Shown piece by piece: positions 28,836 through 37,919 of a stretch of DNA of 60,786 nt. The position numbers and the translations under genes were made by a program. Location: the NCBI GenBank assembly GCA_900553265.1, contig USDD01000001.1:1-60786 (forward strand). Direction: 5' to 3'. Under the pieces are notes generated by a model that did no database searches, was not told the DNA's origin, and saw nothing but the letters and a program-made list of their open reading frames with translations. Numbering within the stretch: the first letter of the stretch is position 1; each line of letters opens with the position of its first letter. The stretch is from an uncultured Eubacteriales bacterium. Its GTDB lineage: Bacteria > Bacillota > Clostridia > Christensenellales > Aristaeellaceae.

Positions 28836-29912
28836 ATGAATCGCGTTTACAATTTCGCCGCCGGGCCGTCCATGATGCCCGAGGAGGCGCTCCAGACCGC
28901 TGCGCGGGAAATGCTGGATTACCACGGCACGGGCATGTCGGTCATGGAGATGAGCCATCGCTCCGCCATGTATCAGGAAATCTTCGACGAAACCGAGGCT
29001 CTCGTGCGGGAGCTGATGGGCGTGCCGGAGAATTACTCCGTGCTGTTCCTGCAGGGCGGCGCGACGGGCCAGTTCGCCGCCATTCCGCTGAACCTGCTTT
29101 CCCGCAGCGCGGACTACATCGACAGCGGCAATTTCGCCCACGGCGCGCTGACCGAGGCGCAGAAGTACGGCGCCGTGCGCTGCGTGGCCTCGTCCCGGGA
29201 CGAGAATTATGTCTCCATTCCCGCGTGGAATCCCGCTGACTTCGACCCGGAGGCCGACTATTTTTACATCACCACCAACAACACCATCTTCGGCACGCGC
29301 TACGCGTCGCTGCCCGAGACGGGCAAGGTTCCGCTGGTGGCGGACATGTCCAGCAACATCCTCTCCGAGGTCTATGACGTGTCCCGCTTCGGCGTAATCT
29401 ACGCCGGCGCGCAGAAGAACATCGGCCCGGCGGGTCTGACGCTGGTCATCGTCCGGAAGGATCTCCTGGGCCGCGCCCGGAAGGACTGCCCGAAGATCCT
29501 CAACTGGACGGTCATGGACGAAAAGGGCAGCATGCTGAACACCCCGCCCACCTACGCCATCTACATGGCCGGCCTGTGCATGAAATGGCTGAAGAAGCAG
29601 GGCGGCGTGGCGGCCATCGAAAAGGTCAACATCGAAAAGTCGAGCCTGCTCTACGCGCTGCTGGACGAGAGCGCCTTCTATCGCCCCAAGGCCGCGCCGG
29701 CCTCGCGCAGCCGCATGAACGTGACCTTCACCACCCCCAGCCCGGAGCTGGACGCGAAGTTCGTCAAGGAAGCCGCATCTCAGGGGCTGGTCAGCCTGAA
29801 GGGCCATCGCCTCACCGGCGGCATCCGCGCCAGCATCTACAACGCCATGCCCATGGAGGGCGTGCGCGCGCTGGCCGATTTCATGAAAAAATTCGAAATG
29901 GAGAATGCGTAA
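28836..29912 (+). CDS. serC: 3-phosphoserine/phosphohydroxythreonine aminotransferase
   Basis: MNRVYNFAAGPSMMPEEAL...EMSHRS motifs. GGGAGG lies 6 nt before ATG 28836. Confidence 0.93.
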   Translation: MNRVYNFAAGPSMMPEEALQTAAREMLDYHGTGMSVMEMSHRSAMYQEIFDETEALVRELMGVPENYSVLFLQGGATGQFAAIPLNLLSRSADYIDSGNFAHGALTEAQKYGAVRCVASSRDENYVSIPAWNPADFDPEADYFYITTNNTIFGTRYASLPETGKVPLVADMSSNILSEVYDVSRFGVIYAGAQKNIGPAGLTLVIVRKDLLGRARKDCPKILNWTVMDEKGSMLNTPPTYAIYMAGLCMKWLKKQGGVAAIEKVNIEKSSLLYALLDESAFYRPKAAPASRSRMNVTFTTPSPELDAKFVKEAASQGLVSLKGHRLTGGIRASIYNAMPMEGVRALADFMKKFEMENA

Positions 29913-29913
29913 T

Positions 29914-31083
29914 ATGATTCAGATTCAGACCCTGAACGCCATCTCGCCGGTCTATCGGGATTCCCTGCCCGAGGGCGAATACGACGTGCGCGCGGACGCG
30001 GAGCATCCTCAGGCGCTGCTGGTGCGCAGCGCAAATTTACACGAAATGTCCGTCGGGGACGAACTGCTGTGCATCGGGCGCGCAGGCGCGGGCGTGAACA
30101 ACATTCCTCTGGACAAAATGGCCGAAAAGGGCGTGGTGGTTTTCAACTCGCCCGGAGCCAACGCCAACGCCGTCAAGGAGCTGGTGGTAGCGGGCCTGCT
30201 GCTGGCCTCGCGCAGAATCACCGACGGCGTGGAGTGGTGCAAGACCCTCGCCGCGGAGCCGGACATGGAGAAGCTGGTGGAGAAGAACAAGAGCCGCTTT
30301 GCCGGCCCGGAGCTGTCGGGCAAGACGCTGGGCGTGATCGGCCTGGGCGCCATCGGCGTGCTGGTGGCCAACATGGGCGTGGCGCTGGGCATGGACGTGC
30401 TGGGCTACGACCCCTACATCTCGGTGGATCACGCGTGGAAGCTCTCCCGCGCCGTGCGCCATTCCACGGACTTTACCGAGGTGCTGGAAAAGAGCGACTA
30501 TCTGACGCTGCACGTGCCGCTGATGGATTCCACGCGCAACACCATCGACGAGGCGGCGCTGAGGCGCATGAAGCCCACGGCGGCGCTGCTGAACTTTGCC
30601 CGCGGCCCGCTGGTGGACACGGCCGCCGTCCGCGCGGCGCTGGAGGAGGGCCGGCTGCGCACCTATGTTTCCGACTTCCCGTCGCCGGAGCTGATCGGCG
30701 CGAAGAACGTGGTCGTCACGCCCCATCTGGGCGCGTCCACGCCCGAGAGTGAGGACAACTGTGTGCGCATGGTGGCCCGGCAGATCGACGACTATCTGAA
30801 GAACGGCTCCATCGTCAATTCCTGCAACTATCCCAACTGCCCCATGGGCCGCTGCGTCGTGCCGCGCATCACCGTGCTGCATCAGAACGTGCCCAACGTC
30901 ATCGGCGCCATCACCCAACGCCTGTCCTCCGAGGGGCTGAACATCGAAAACATGGTCAACCAGTCCCGCGGCGCGCTGGCCTACACGGTGGTGGACGTGA
31001 GCGCCCGCCCCAGCGAAGCGCTGATCGAGTCGCTGCGCAGTCTGGAGACGAGCTATCGCGTCCGGCTGCTGATGCCGCAATAA
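29914..31083 (+). CDS. serA: D-3-phosphoglycerate dehydrogenase (2-hydroxyacid dehydrogenase with a C-terminal ACT-like domain)
   Basis: GVIGLGAIG NAD-binding motif. GGAGA lies 9 nt before ATG 29914; the track start 29905 overlaps the serC stop. Confidence 0.88.
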   Translation: MIQIQTLNAISPVYRDSLPEGEYDVRADAEHPQALLVRSANLHEMSVGDELLCIGRAGAGVNNIPLDKMAEKGVVVFNSPGANANAVKELVVAGLLLASRRITDGVEWCKTLAAEPDMEKLVEKNKSRFAGPELSGKTLGVIGLGAIGVLVANMGVALGMDVLGYDPYISVDHAWKLSRAVRHSTDFTEVLEKSDYLTLHVPLMDSTRNTIDEAALRRMKPTAALLNFARGPLVDTAAVRAALEEGRLRTYVSDFPSPELIGAKNVVVTPHLGASTPESEDNCVRMVARQIDDYLKNGSIVNSCNYPNCPMGRCVVPRITVLHQNVPNVIGAITQRLSSEGLNIENMVNQSRGALAYTVVDVSARPSEALIESLRSLETSYRVRLLMPQ

Positions 31084-31104
31084 ATTCAAAGGAAGATTCT
31101 GTCC

Positions 31105-32328
31105 ATGAACACCGCACTGAAAAAGGCGCGAATTCTGCTGCCCGCCAAGGGCGTCGCGCCGGAAAAATGGGCCGTGGTCGCCTGCGACCAGTTCACGGCT
31201 CAGCCTGAATACTGGAAAGAGGTCGAGACCGTCGTGGGCGGCGCGCCCTCGACGCTGAACCTCACGCTGCCCGAGGTCTACCTCGCCGACAGCGACCGCC
31301 GCGTTCCGCAGATTCACGCCGCCATGCGGGACTATCTGGAGCGCGGCTTGCTGACCGAGGCCGTGGACGGCTTCGTGCTCGTGGAGCGCACCACGCCCGC
31401 GGGCGTTCGCCCGGGACTGGTGGCGGCGCTGGATCTGGAGCAGTACGATCCCTCCTCCGGCTCCAATTCCCTCATTCGCGCCACCGAGGGCACCGTGGCC
31501 TCCCGCGTGCCGCCCAGGGCGCGGATCCGCTCCGGCGCGCCGCTGGAGCTGCCCCACGCCATGATGCTCATCGACGATCCCCAGCGGATGGTGGTGGAGA
31601 CGCTGTACGAAAACCGCGACCGCCTGCGCCCGCTGTACGACTTTGAGCTGATGCTGAACGGCGGCCATCTGCGCGGCTGGGCCGTGGAGGGCGCGGACGC
31701 GGATCGCGTGTTCCGGATCATGGATCTGCTGGCCCGGGACGCAAACGGCCTGCTCTACGCCGTGGGCGACGGCAACCACTCCATCGCCGCGGCCAAGCAG
31801 TGCTGGACGCAGATTCGCGGCGAACTGACCGAGGCCGAGCGCGAGAGCCATCCCGCGCGCTATGCGCTGGTGGAGCTGATCAACCTGCACTGCCCCGCGC
31901 TGGTGTTCGAGCCGGTGCACCGCATTCTGTTCAACGTGGATTCGGCGATGGTGCTGGGCGAGCTGCGCCGCTGGCTGAGCGAGCGCGGCGTGGTCGACGC
32001 GCCGGGCGACGATCTGATCGTATTCGACGCGGACATGCGCATGAACTTCCGCTTCGAGCAGTATCCGCTGCCGCTGCTCCAGTCCTTCCTGGACAGCTAT
32101 CTGGCCCGCCATCCCGAGGCCGACATCGACTACATCCACGGCGAGGAGGCGCTGCGCACGCTGGTGGCGCGCCATCCCGGCTCGCTGGGCTTCATGCCCC
32201 GGGCCTTTGACAAGGCCGAGCTGTTCCCGTCCATCCGCCGCTGGGGCGCACTGCCCCGGAAGAGCTTCTCCATGGGCGAAGCCACCGACAAGCGCTACTA
32301 CATGGAAGCGCGAAAAATTCAGGAATAA
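31105..32328 (+). CDS. DUF1015 family protein
   Basis: 407 aa. The N-terminal ARILLPAKGVAPEKWAVVACDQFTAQPEYW is typical of DUF1015, and it sits immediately downstream of serA as in many Firmicutes. Confidence 0.75.
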   Translation: MNTALKKARILLPAKGVAPEKWAVVACDQFTAQPEYWKEVETVVGGAPSTLNLTLPEVYLADSDRRVPQIHAAMRDYLERGLLTEAVDGFVLVERTTPAGVRPGLVAALDLEQYDPSSGSNSLIRATEGTVASRVPPRARIRSGAPLELPHAMMLIDDPQRMVVETLYENRDRLRPLYDFELMLNGGHLRGWAVEGADADRVFRIMDLLARDANGLLYAVGDGNHSIAAAKQCWTQIRGELTEAERESHPARYALVELINLHCPALVFEPVHRILFNVDSAMVLGELRRWLSERGVVDAPGDDLIVFDADMRMNFRFEQYPLPLLQSFLDSYLARHPEADIDYIHGEEALRTLVARHPGSLGFMPRAFDKAELFPSIRRWGALPRKSFSMGEATDKRYYMEARKIQE

Positions 32329-32334
32329 ACGTAA

Positions 32335-32370
32335 GCGGGCTCCGGAAAAATCCGGAGCCCGCAAATTTTT
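32335..32370. terminator. bidirectional terminator between DUF1015 and potD
   Basis: GCGGGCTCCGG, loop AAAAAT, CCGGAGCCCGC (11-bp stem), followed by AAATTTTT. Confidence 0.75.
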
Positions 32371-32381
32371 GGAGAAATGTG

Positions 32382-33422
32382 TCAGTTGACCTTGAAGCCG
32401 TTCCACACATCCTGGAACATGCTCTCGTTCTCGCCCAGATCCTCCACGTATTCCTTGCTCTCCAGCAGCTCGGCGGGAATGTGGAAGGGCGACATGGCGG
32501 CGTAATCGGGGTCGATCAGCTCATCGGCGGCCTTGTTGGGATTGATGTAGGCCTGCCACTGAGCGACATAGGCCGCGATGTCGGCGCGCAGATAGAAGTT
32601 CATGAACGCGTGGGCGTTGTTGGGATGGGGCGCGTTGACGGGAATGACGATGCTGTCCACGCCGAAGCCGATGCCCTCGGAGGGGAACACGGCCACGAGG
32701 TTCGGATTCTCCATCAGGCTGAGCACCACGAAGGGAGTGAACAGATAGGCGGCCTTGACCTCGCCGGCGGTGAGGTAGTTGTAGGTCATGTCATAGTCCA
32801 GCACGCGGATGTTGGGCTTGAGGCCGGCCAGCTTCGCGGCGGCCTCGTCCAGCTGAGACTGCTCGGTGGTGTTGTAGGAATAGCCCAGAGAGCGCAGCGT
32901 CTCGCCGACGATCACGCGCGCGTCGTCGATGAGCCACAGGCTGTCGGCCAGATCCTCGCGCCACAGATCGCTGAAGGAGGTCAGCTCGCCGTCCACCTGA
33001 TCGGGATCGTACACGATCATGGGCGAGCCCACGGTGTAGGGCATGGAGTAGACGTTGTCCGGATCAAAGTACTGGTTCAGATAGTCGGGGTTGAGGTTGT
33101 CCCAGTTGGTCAGCAGGGACTTGTCCAGCGGCTGGATCAGGCCTTCCTTGCGGATGGTGGAGATGGCGTAGTCGCTGGCGAGCACAATGTCGTACTCGGA
33201 GCCGCCGTTGGCCTGCAGCTTGAGCATCATTTCCTCGTTGCTGGCAAAGGTGGAATAGTTCACCTGAATGCCCGTCTCCTCGGTGAACTGGGCGAGGGTC
33301 GTCTCGTCGAAATAGCCCTCCCAGGTGAACACGTTGAGAACCTTCTCTTCTTCCTCAGCCAGGGCGGTCAGTCCGGCGAGGCAGAGCGTCGCCGCGAGCA
33401 GCAGTGCAAGAATTTTCTTCAC
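32382..33422 (-). CDS. potD: spermidine/putrescine ABC transporter substrate-binding protein
   Basis: Signal peptide MKKILALLLAATLCLAGLTALA, followed by the VLNVFTWEGYFDE pattern typical of PotD/PotF. Confidence 0.88.
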   Translation of the reverse strand: MKKILALLLAATLCLAGLTALAEEEEKVLNVFTWEGYFDETTLAQFTEETGIQVNYSTFASNEEMMLKLQANGGSEYDIVLASDYAISTIRKEGLIQPLDKSLLTNWDNLNPDYLNQYFDPDNVYSMPYTVGSPMIVYDPDQVDGELTSFSDLWREDLADSLWLIDDARVIVGETLRSLGYSYNTTEQSQLDEAAAKLAGLKPNIRVLDYDMTYNYLTAGEVKAAYLFTPFVVLSLMENPNLVAVFPSEGIGFGVDSIVIPVNAPHPNNAHAFMNFYLRADIAAYVAQWQAYINPNKAADELIDPDYAAMSPFHIPAELLESKEYVEDLGENESMFQDVWNGFKVN

Positions 33423-33457
33423 TTCAGGTTTTCCTCCTCGGTTTTTTATCTATATGC

Positions 33458-34270
33458 TCAGCCTTCTTTGGGGCTGCTCATATCCTTCCTGGGGCGGTCC
33501 AGCACCAGCTGCTTGACGGCCATGGCCACGGCCACCGCGCCCAGCGTCAGCGTGCACAGGGCGTTGACCTGCAGCGAAACGCCCGTCTTGACCGACGAAT
33601 AGACCTTCAGCGGCAGCGTGGTGGTGGTCGCGCCGGTGACGAAGAAGCTGATGACGAAGTCGTCCAGACTCATGGCGAAGGCCAGCATCACGCCCGACAG
33701 CACGCCCGGCAGAATCAGCGGCAGCGTGATCTCCCGGAAGGTGCGCGCCGGCGACGCGCCCAGATCCTGCGAGGCCTCCGCCAGCGACGGATCCATGCCC
33801 GCCAGCCGCCCCTGCACGATGATGAAGATATAGGGCGTGCAGAAGGTCACGTGGGCCAGAATCAGCGTCAGCATGCCAAAGCGCAGCCCCACGGCGGTGA
33901 ACACCGCCAGAAACGCCATGCCCAGAATGATCTCAGGAATCATGATGGGCAGCAGCGCCAGCGTCTCCAGCGCGCCCTGCCCGCGGAATTTCCTCCGGGA
34001 CATGCCCACCGCGCCGAGAGTGCCGATGACCATGGAAATGCCGCAGCTGCACGCCGCGAGAATCAGGCTGGACTTCAGCGCCGCCAGAAGACCCTTGGTG
34101 TCCCTGAACAGCGCGCGGTAGTATTGCAGCGAAAACCCGGTGAATTCGTTGGGATAGCGGCTGGCGTTGGCGTTAAAGGAATACAGCACCACCACGGCGA
34201 TGGGCAGGTACATCAGCACCAGCACCAGCGTCAGATACAGCGGTGCCCACGGCGATCTGCGTCTTTTCAT
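33458..34270 (-). CDS. potC: spermidine/putrescine ABC transporter permease
   Basis: 6-TM permease with an EAA-type loop (EASQDLGASPARTFREITLP). Confidence 0.88.
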   Translation of the reverse strand: MKRRRSPWAPLYLTLVLVLMYLPIAVVVLYSFNANASRYPNEFTGFSLQYYRALFRDTKGLLAALKSSLILAACSCGISMVIGTLGAVGMSRRKFRGQGALETLALLPIMIPEIILGMAFLAVFTAVGLRFGMLTLILAHVTFCTPYIFIIVQGRLAGMDPSLAEASQDLGASPARTFREITLPLILPGVLSGVMLAFAMSLDDFVISFFVTGATTTTLPLKVYSSVKTGVSLQVNALCTLTLGAVAVAMAVKQLVLDRPRKDMSSPKEG

Positions 34271-34286
34271 CTCTCGCGCCCCGCTT

Positions 34287-35156
34287 TCAGAAGAAGGTCA
34301 TGCTGGCCGCCCTGCCGCCCAGACGGCGGTAGATCGCCATAATCAGGCAGGTCACCGCCAGCAGCACCACCGACAGCGCCGCCGCGAACGGCCAGTCCCG
34401 GCTCTTGAGCAGCTGATCGTTGACCAGATTGCCTACCAGAATGTCGCTGGGCCCGCCCATCAGATCGGACATGAAGAACAGCGCCAGACTCGGCACGAAC
34501 ACCAGCACGCAGCCCGTGAGCATGCCCGGCGCGGTCAGCGGCAGCGTCACCGTCCAGAACACCTTCGACGGCCGCGCGCCCATATCGCGCCCCGCCTCCA
34601 CCAGCGACCAGTCCATCTTCTCCACGCTGGTGTAGGTGGGCAGAATCATGAACGGCAGCAGCGCGTAGACCATGCCCAGCACCACCGCGCCGTGGGTGTT
34701 CAGCAGCTTCAGCGGCTTGTCGATCAGCCCCAGCGCCATCAGCGCCCGGTTGATCGGGCCGTTGCCCACCAGCAGAATGCGCCAGCCGTACACGCGGATC
34801 AGCGCGTTCGTCCAGAAGGGCACGATCACCAGCAGCATCAGAATCGTGCGCCATTTCTTCGACGCGCGTCCCATCAGATAGCCGAAGGGGTAGCCCAGCA
34901 GCATGCACAGCGCCGTGGTCTCCACGCCCAGCTTCAGCGTGTTCAGGAAAATGCGCCCGTAATTGGCCGAGAACAGCTTGGCGTAGTTCTCCAGCGTAAA
35001 CTCCGGCAGCACGCCGAAGCCGTCGGGCTTGCGCTTCAGAAAGCTCAGTACGATCACATAGCCGATGGTCGCGCCGACGAACAGCAGCGTCCACGCGATT
35101 AGCGGCGCGCTCAGCAGCGCCGACGCGCGGTCGCGCTTCTTTTTCATCTCACCCAT
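34287..35156 (-). CDS. potB: spermidine/putrescine ABC transporter permease
   Basis: 6-TM permease with an EAA-type loop (EAGRDMGARPSKVFWTVTLP). Confidence 0.88.
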   Translation of the reverse strand: MGEMKKKRDRASALLSAPLIAWTLLFVGATIGYVIVLSFLKRKPDGFGVLPEFTLENYAKLFSANYGRIFLNTLKLGVETTALCMLLGYPFGYLMGRASKKWRTILMLLVIVPFWTNALIRVYGWRILLVGNGPINRALMALGLIDKPLKLLNTHGAVVLGMVYALLPFMILPTYTSVEKMDWSLVEAGRDMGARPSKVFWTVTLPLTAPGMLTGCVLVFVPSLALFFMSDLMGGPSDILVGNLVNDQLLKSRDWPFAAALSVVLLAVTCLIMAIYRRLGGRAASMTFF

Positions 35157-35171
35157 GTCTTTTCCCCTCCG

Positions 35172-36245
35172 TCACCGAACCACCGGCGCCTCGCCGGGAT
35201 TCCAGCTCAGCAGCACGCGCTCGCCGATTTCGCCCTGCGCGCGGTCGGCGGACGGGCACTGGGCCAGCACCTCGCGGCCGTCGTCCAGCGTCAGCACGGC
35301 GCGCATGGAGCCTCCGGCGTAGTGGCGGGATTTCAGCGTGGCCGGCAGCGCGCAGCCGCCCAGCGGCGTTCTGGCAAAGCCCACCCGCTCGGTGCGCAGG
35401 CTCAGCGCCACCGTGTCGCCCGCCTGCACGTCGAAGTCCGGCCTGCGCGCGGGCAGGCGCGTTCCGGCGTATTCCAGCACGACGCCCTCCGCGTCCGCCG
35501 AGACGACCTTCGCCTCCAGCAGATTGGTCTGGCCGATGAAGCCGGCGGCGAAGCGGGTGGCCGGGCGCTCGTAGATCTCCTCGGGCGTGCCGATCTGCTC
35601 GAAGCGGCCCTCGTGCATGATGGCGATGCGGTCGGACATGTTCAGCGCCTCTTCCTGATCGTGGGTGATGTAGACGAAGGCGATGCCCAGCCGGCGCTGG
35701 ATGTCCTTGAGCTCCTGCTGCATCTGGCGGCGCAGTTTCAGATCCAGCGCGCCCAGCGGTTCGTCCAGCAGCAGCAGGCGCGGATTGAGCACCACGGCCC
35801 GGGCGATGGCCACGCGCTGGCGCTGACCGCCGGACAACTGACCGGGCATGCGCTTTTCATAGCCCTCCAGCTGCACCAGCCGCAGCATCTCGGTCACCCG
35901 CTTCTGCCATTCGGGCTTCTTCATGCCGCGCACGCGCAGGCCGTAGGAGATGTTCTTCTCCACGTTCATGTGCGGGAACAGGGCGTAGTTCTGAAACACT
36001 GTGTTCACGTCGCGCTTTTCCGGCGCGAGGGCGGTGATGTCCCGTCCGTCCAGCTCCACCGAGCCCGCGTCCGGATCCAGCAGGCCCGCGATGATGCGCA
36101 GCGTGGTGGTCTTGCCGCAGCCCGACGGGCCGAGCAGCGTGACGAACTCGCCGGACTGCACGTCCAGCGAAATCCCGCGCAGAATCGGGTGTCGGTCAAA
36201 GGATTTTTCCAGGCCCTTCAGGCGAAGCAGCACATTTTCGGACAT
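35172..36245 (-). CDS. potA: spermidine/putrescine ABC transporter ATP-binding protein
   Basis: GPSGCGKTT Walker A, LSGGQRQRVAIAR signature, LLLLDEP Walker B, and a C-terminal TOBE-like domain. Confidence 0.92.
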   Translation of the reverse strand: MSENVLLRLKGLEKSFDRHPILRGISLDVQSGEFVTLLGPSGCGKTTTLRIIAGLLDPDAGSVELDGRDITALAPEKRDVNTVFQNYALFPHMNVEKNISYGLRVRGMKKPEWQKRVTEMLRLVQLEGYEKRMPGQLSGGQRQRVAIARAVVLNPRLLLLDEPLGALDLKLRRQMQQELKDIQRRLGIAFVYITHDQEEALNMSDRIAIMHEGRFEQIGTPEEIYERPATRFAAGFIGQTNLLEAKVVSADAEGVVLEYAGTRLPARRPDFDVQAGDTVALSLRTERVGFARTPLGGCALPATLKSRHYAGGSMRAVLTLDDGREVLAQCPSADRAQGEIGERVLLSWNPGEAPVVR

Positions 36246-36385
36246 CGCGTTCCAATCCCCTTTACACTACAGGTTTACTCTGCAAATTATCGTCAATATA
36301 TCACTTTTGCTTCGGCTGCACAAGCGTATTTTTGGTGAAGTTTCTTTATGGTTTGACACGTTTTTCGGCAAATTGTCTCCGGCGC

Positions 36386-36414
36386 TTGCCGAAGGGCGCG
36401 ATTTCATGTATAAT
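36386..36414 (+). promoter_or_regulatory. possible sigma-A-type promoter of the glycan module
   Basis: TTGCCG 36386-36391, 17 bp spacer, TATAAT 36409-36414. Confidence 0.35.
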
Positions 36415-36445
36415 AATGTTGATTTACTTTTCGGAGGCGAAGCCC

Positions 36446-37057
36446 TTGTATCCTATCCTCAAGCGAATGCTGGACTTCCTGCTGGCGCTGATGGCGCTGC
36501 TTCTGCTCTCGCCGCTATTGCTGATTCTGGCGGCGGCGGTGCGGCTGACCTCTCCCGGCCCCGCGCTGTTTACGCAGCGCCGCGTCGGCCTGCACCGAAA
36601 GCTGTTTACCATCTACAAATTCCGCACCATGCGCACCGACACGCCCAAGGACGCGCCGACGCATCTTCTGCAGGACGCGAACCGCTTCATCACGCCGCTG
36701 GGGCGCTTTCTGCGCGCCTCCAGCCTGGACGAGCTGCCGCAGCTGATCAACATTCTGCGCGGCGACATGGCCTTCGTCGGCCCGCGCCCGGCGCTGTGGA
36801 ATCAGGACGATCTGATCGCCGCGCGGGAGCGCGTGGGCGCCAACGACGTGCGCCCCGGCCTGACGGGATGGGCGCAGATCAACGGCCGCGACGAGCTGCC
36901 CATTCCGGTCAAGGCGCGTCTGGACGGCGAATATGTGCAGAAAATGAGCTTCGGCTTCGATCTGAAGTGCTTTTTCGGAACGTTCCTGAGCGTGCTGCGC
37001 CGCGACGGCGTGCGCGAGGGCGCGCCCGCGCCCGAGGAGGAGAAGAGGGATGCCTGA
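36446..37057 (+). CDS. small monotopic phosphoglycosyl transferase (bacterial sugar transferase, EpsL/WbaP C-terminal type)
   Basis: YPILKRMLDFLLAL...PALFTQRRVGLHRKLFTIYKFRTM...DELPQLINILRGDMAFVGPRP motifs. GGAGG lies 8 nt before TTG 36446; the track start is 36332. Confidence 0.85.
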   Translation: MYPILKRMLDFLLALMALLLLSPLLLILAAAVRLTSPGPALFTQRRVGLHRKLFTIYKFRTMRTDTPKDAPTHLLQDANRFITPLGRFLRASSLDELPQLINILRGDMAFVGPRPALWNQDDLIAARERVGANDVRPGLTGWAQINGRDELPIPVKARLDGEYVQKMSFGFDLKCFFGTFLSVLRRDGVREGAPAPEEEKRDA

Positions 37058-37919
37058 CGTTCTCATCACCGGCGGAAGCGGCTTCATCGCCGCGGCGGCC
37101 CTGCGCCGCCTGCGCGAGCTTCCCGGCGTGCGCGCGGAGGCCGTCAGCGTGCGCGGCGGGCGGTGGAAAGACCTCGATCTGTCCAGATACGACTGCATCG
37201 TCCACACGGCGGGCGTCGCCCACGTCAGCCCCGACCCGTCGCTCGCCGACGCGTACCGAACCGTCAACTTCGAGCTGACGCGGGATCTGGCGCAAAAGGC
37301 CAAAGCTGACGGCTGCCCTCACTTCATCTTTCTCTCCAGCATGATCGTCTTTGGTCAGGCAGCCCGGGCGGGCGAGCGCCGCTTTATTTCGCCCGACACG
37401 CCGCCCGCGCCCGTCAACGCCTATGGGCAGAGCAAGCTGGACGCGGAGAACGCGCTGCGCGCGCTGGAGGGCGACGGCTTCCGCGCGGCCATCCTGCGCC
37501 CGCCCATGGTCTATGGCGACGGCTGCAAGGGTAACTACAACGCGCTGCGGTCGCTGGCGCGCAAATTGCCCATATTTCCCGAATACGAAAACCGGCGCAG
37601 CATGCTCTATGTCGAAAACCTCGCCGAGCTCATCGCGCAGATCGCCCTCAGCGGCGCGTCGGGCACGTTCCATCCCAGCGACGGTCAGCCCCGCTCGGTG
37701 AGCGAAGTCGTCCGCCAGATCTGCCTCTGCCATGGAAAAAACATGCGCTTTTCCCGAATTCTTGCCCCGCTGGTGACGCTGGCGGGCGGGCGCGGCGTGG
37801 TTCGGCGCGCCTTCGGCGACATGGCCTACGACGCGTTCATGCCGGATTTTCCCGGAGATTACCGGCGTTTCTCCTTTGAGGAGGGCGTTCGACGCACGGA
37901 GGAAGACGAAAGATGGTGA
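37050..37919 (+). CDS. NAD-dependent epimerase/dehydratase family protein
   Basis: VLITGGSGFIAAAA Rossmann motif and YGQSK catalytic motif. Overlaps the upstream gene by 8 nt. Confidence 0.85.
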   Translation: MPDVLITGGSGFIAAAALRRLRELPGVRAEAVSVRGGRWKDLDLSRYDCIVHTAGVAHVSPDPSLADAYRTVNFELTRDLAQKAKADGCPHFIFLSSMIVFGQAARAGERRFISPDTPPAPVNAYGQSKLDAENALRALEGDGFRAAILRPPMVYGDGCKGNYNALRSLARKLPIFPEYENRRSMLYVENLAELIAQIALSGASGTFHPSDGQPRSVSEVVRQICLCHGKNMRFSRILAPLVTLAGGRGVVRRAFGDMAYDAFMPDFPGDYRRFSFEEGVRRTEEDERW

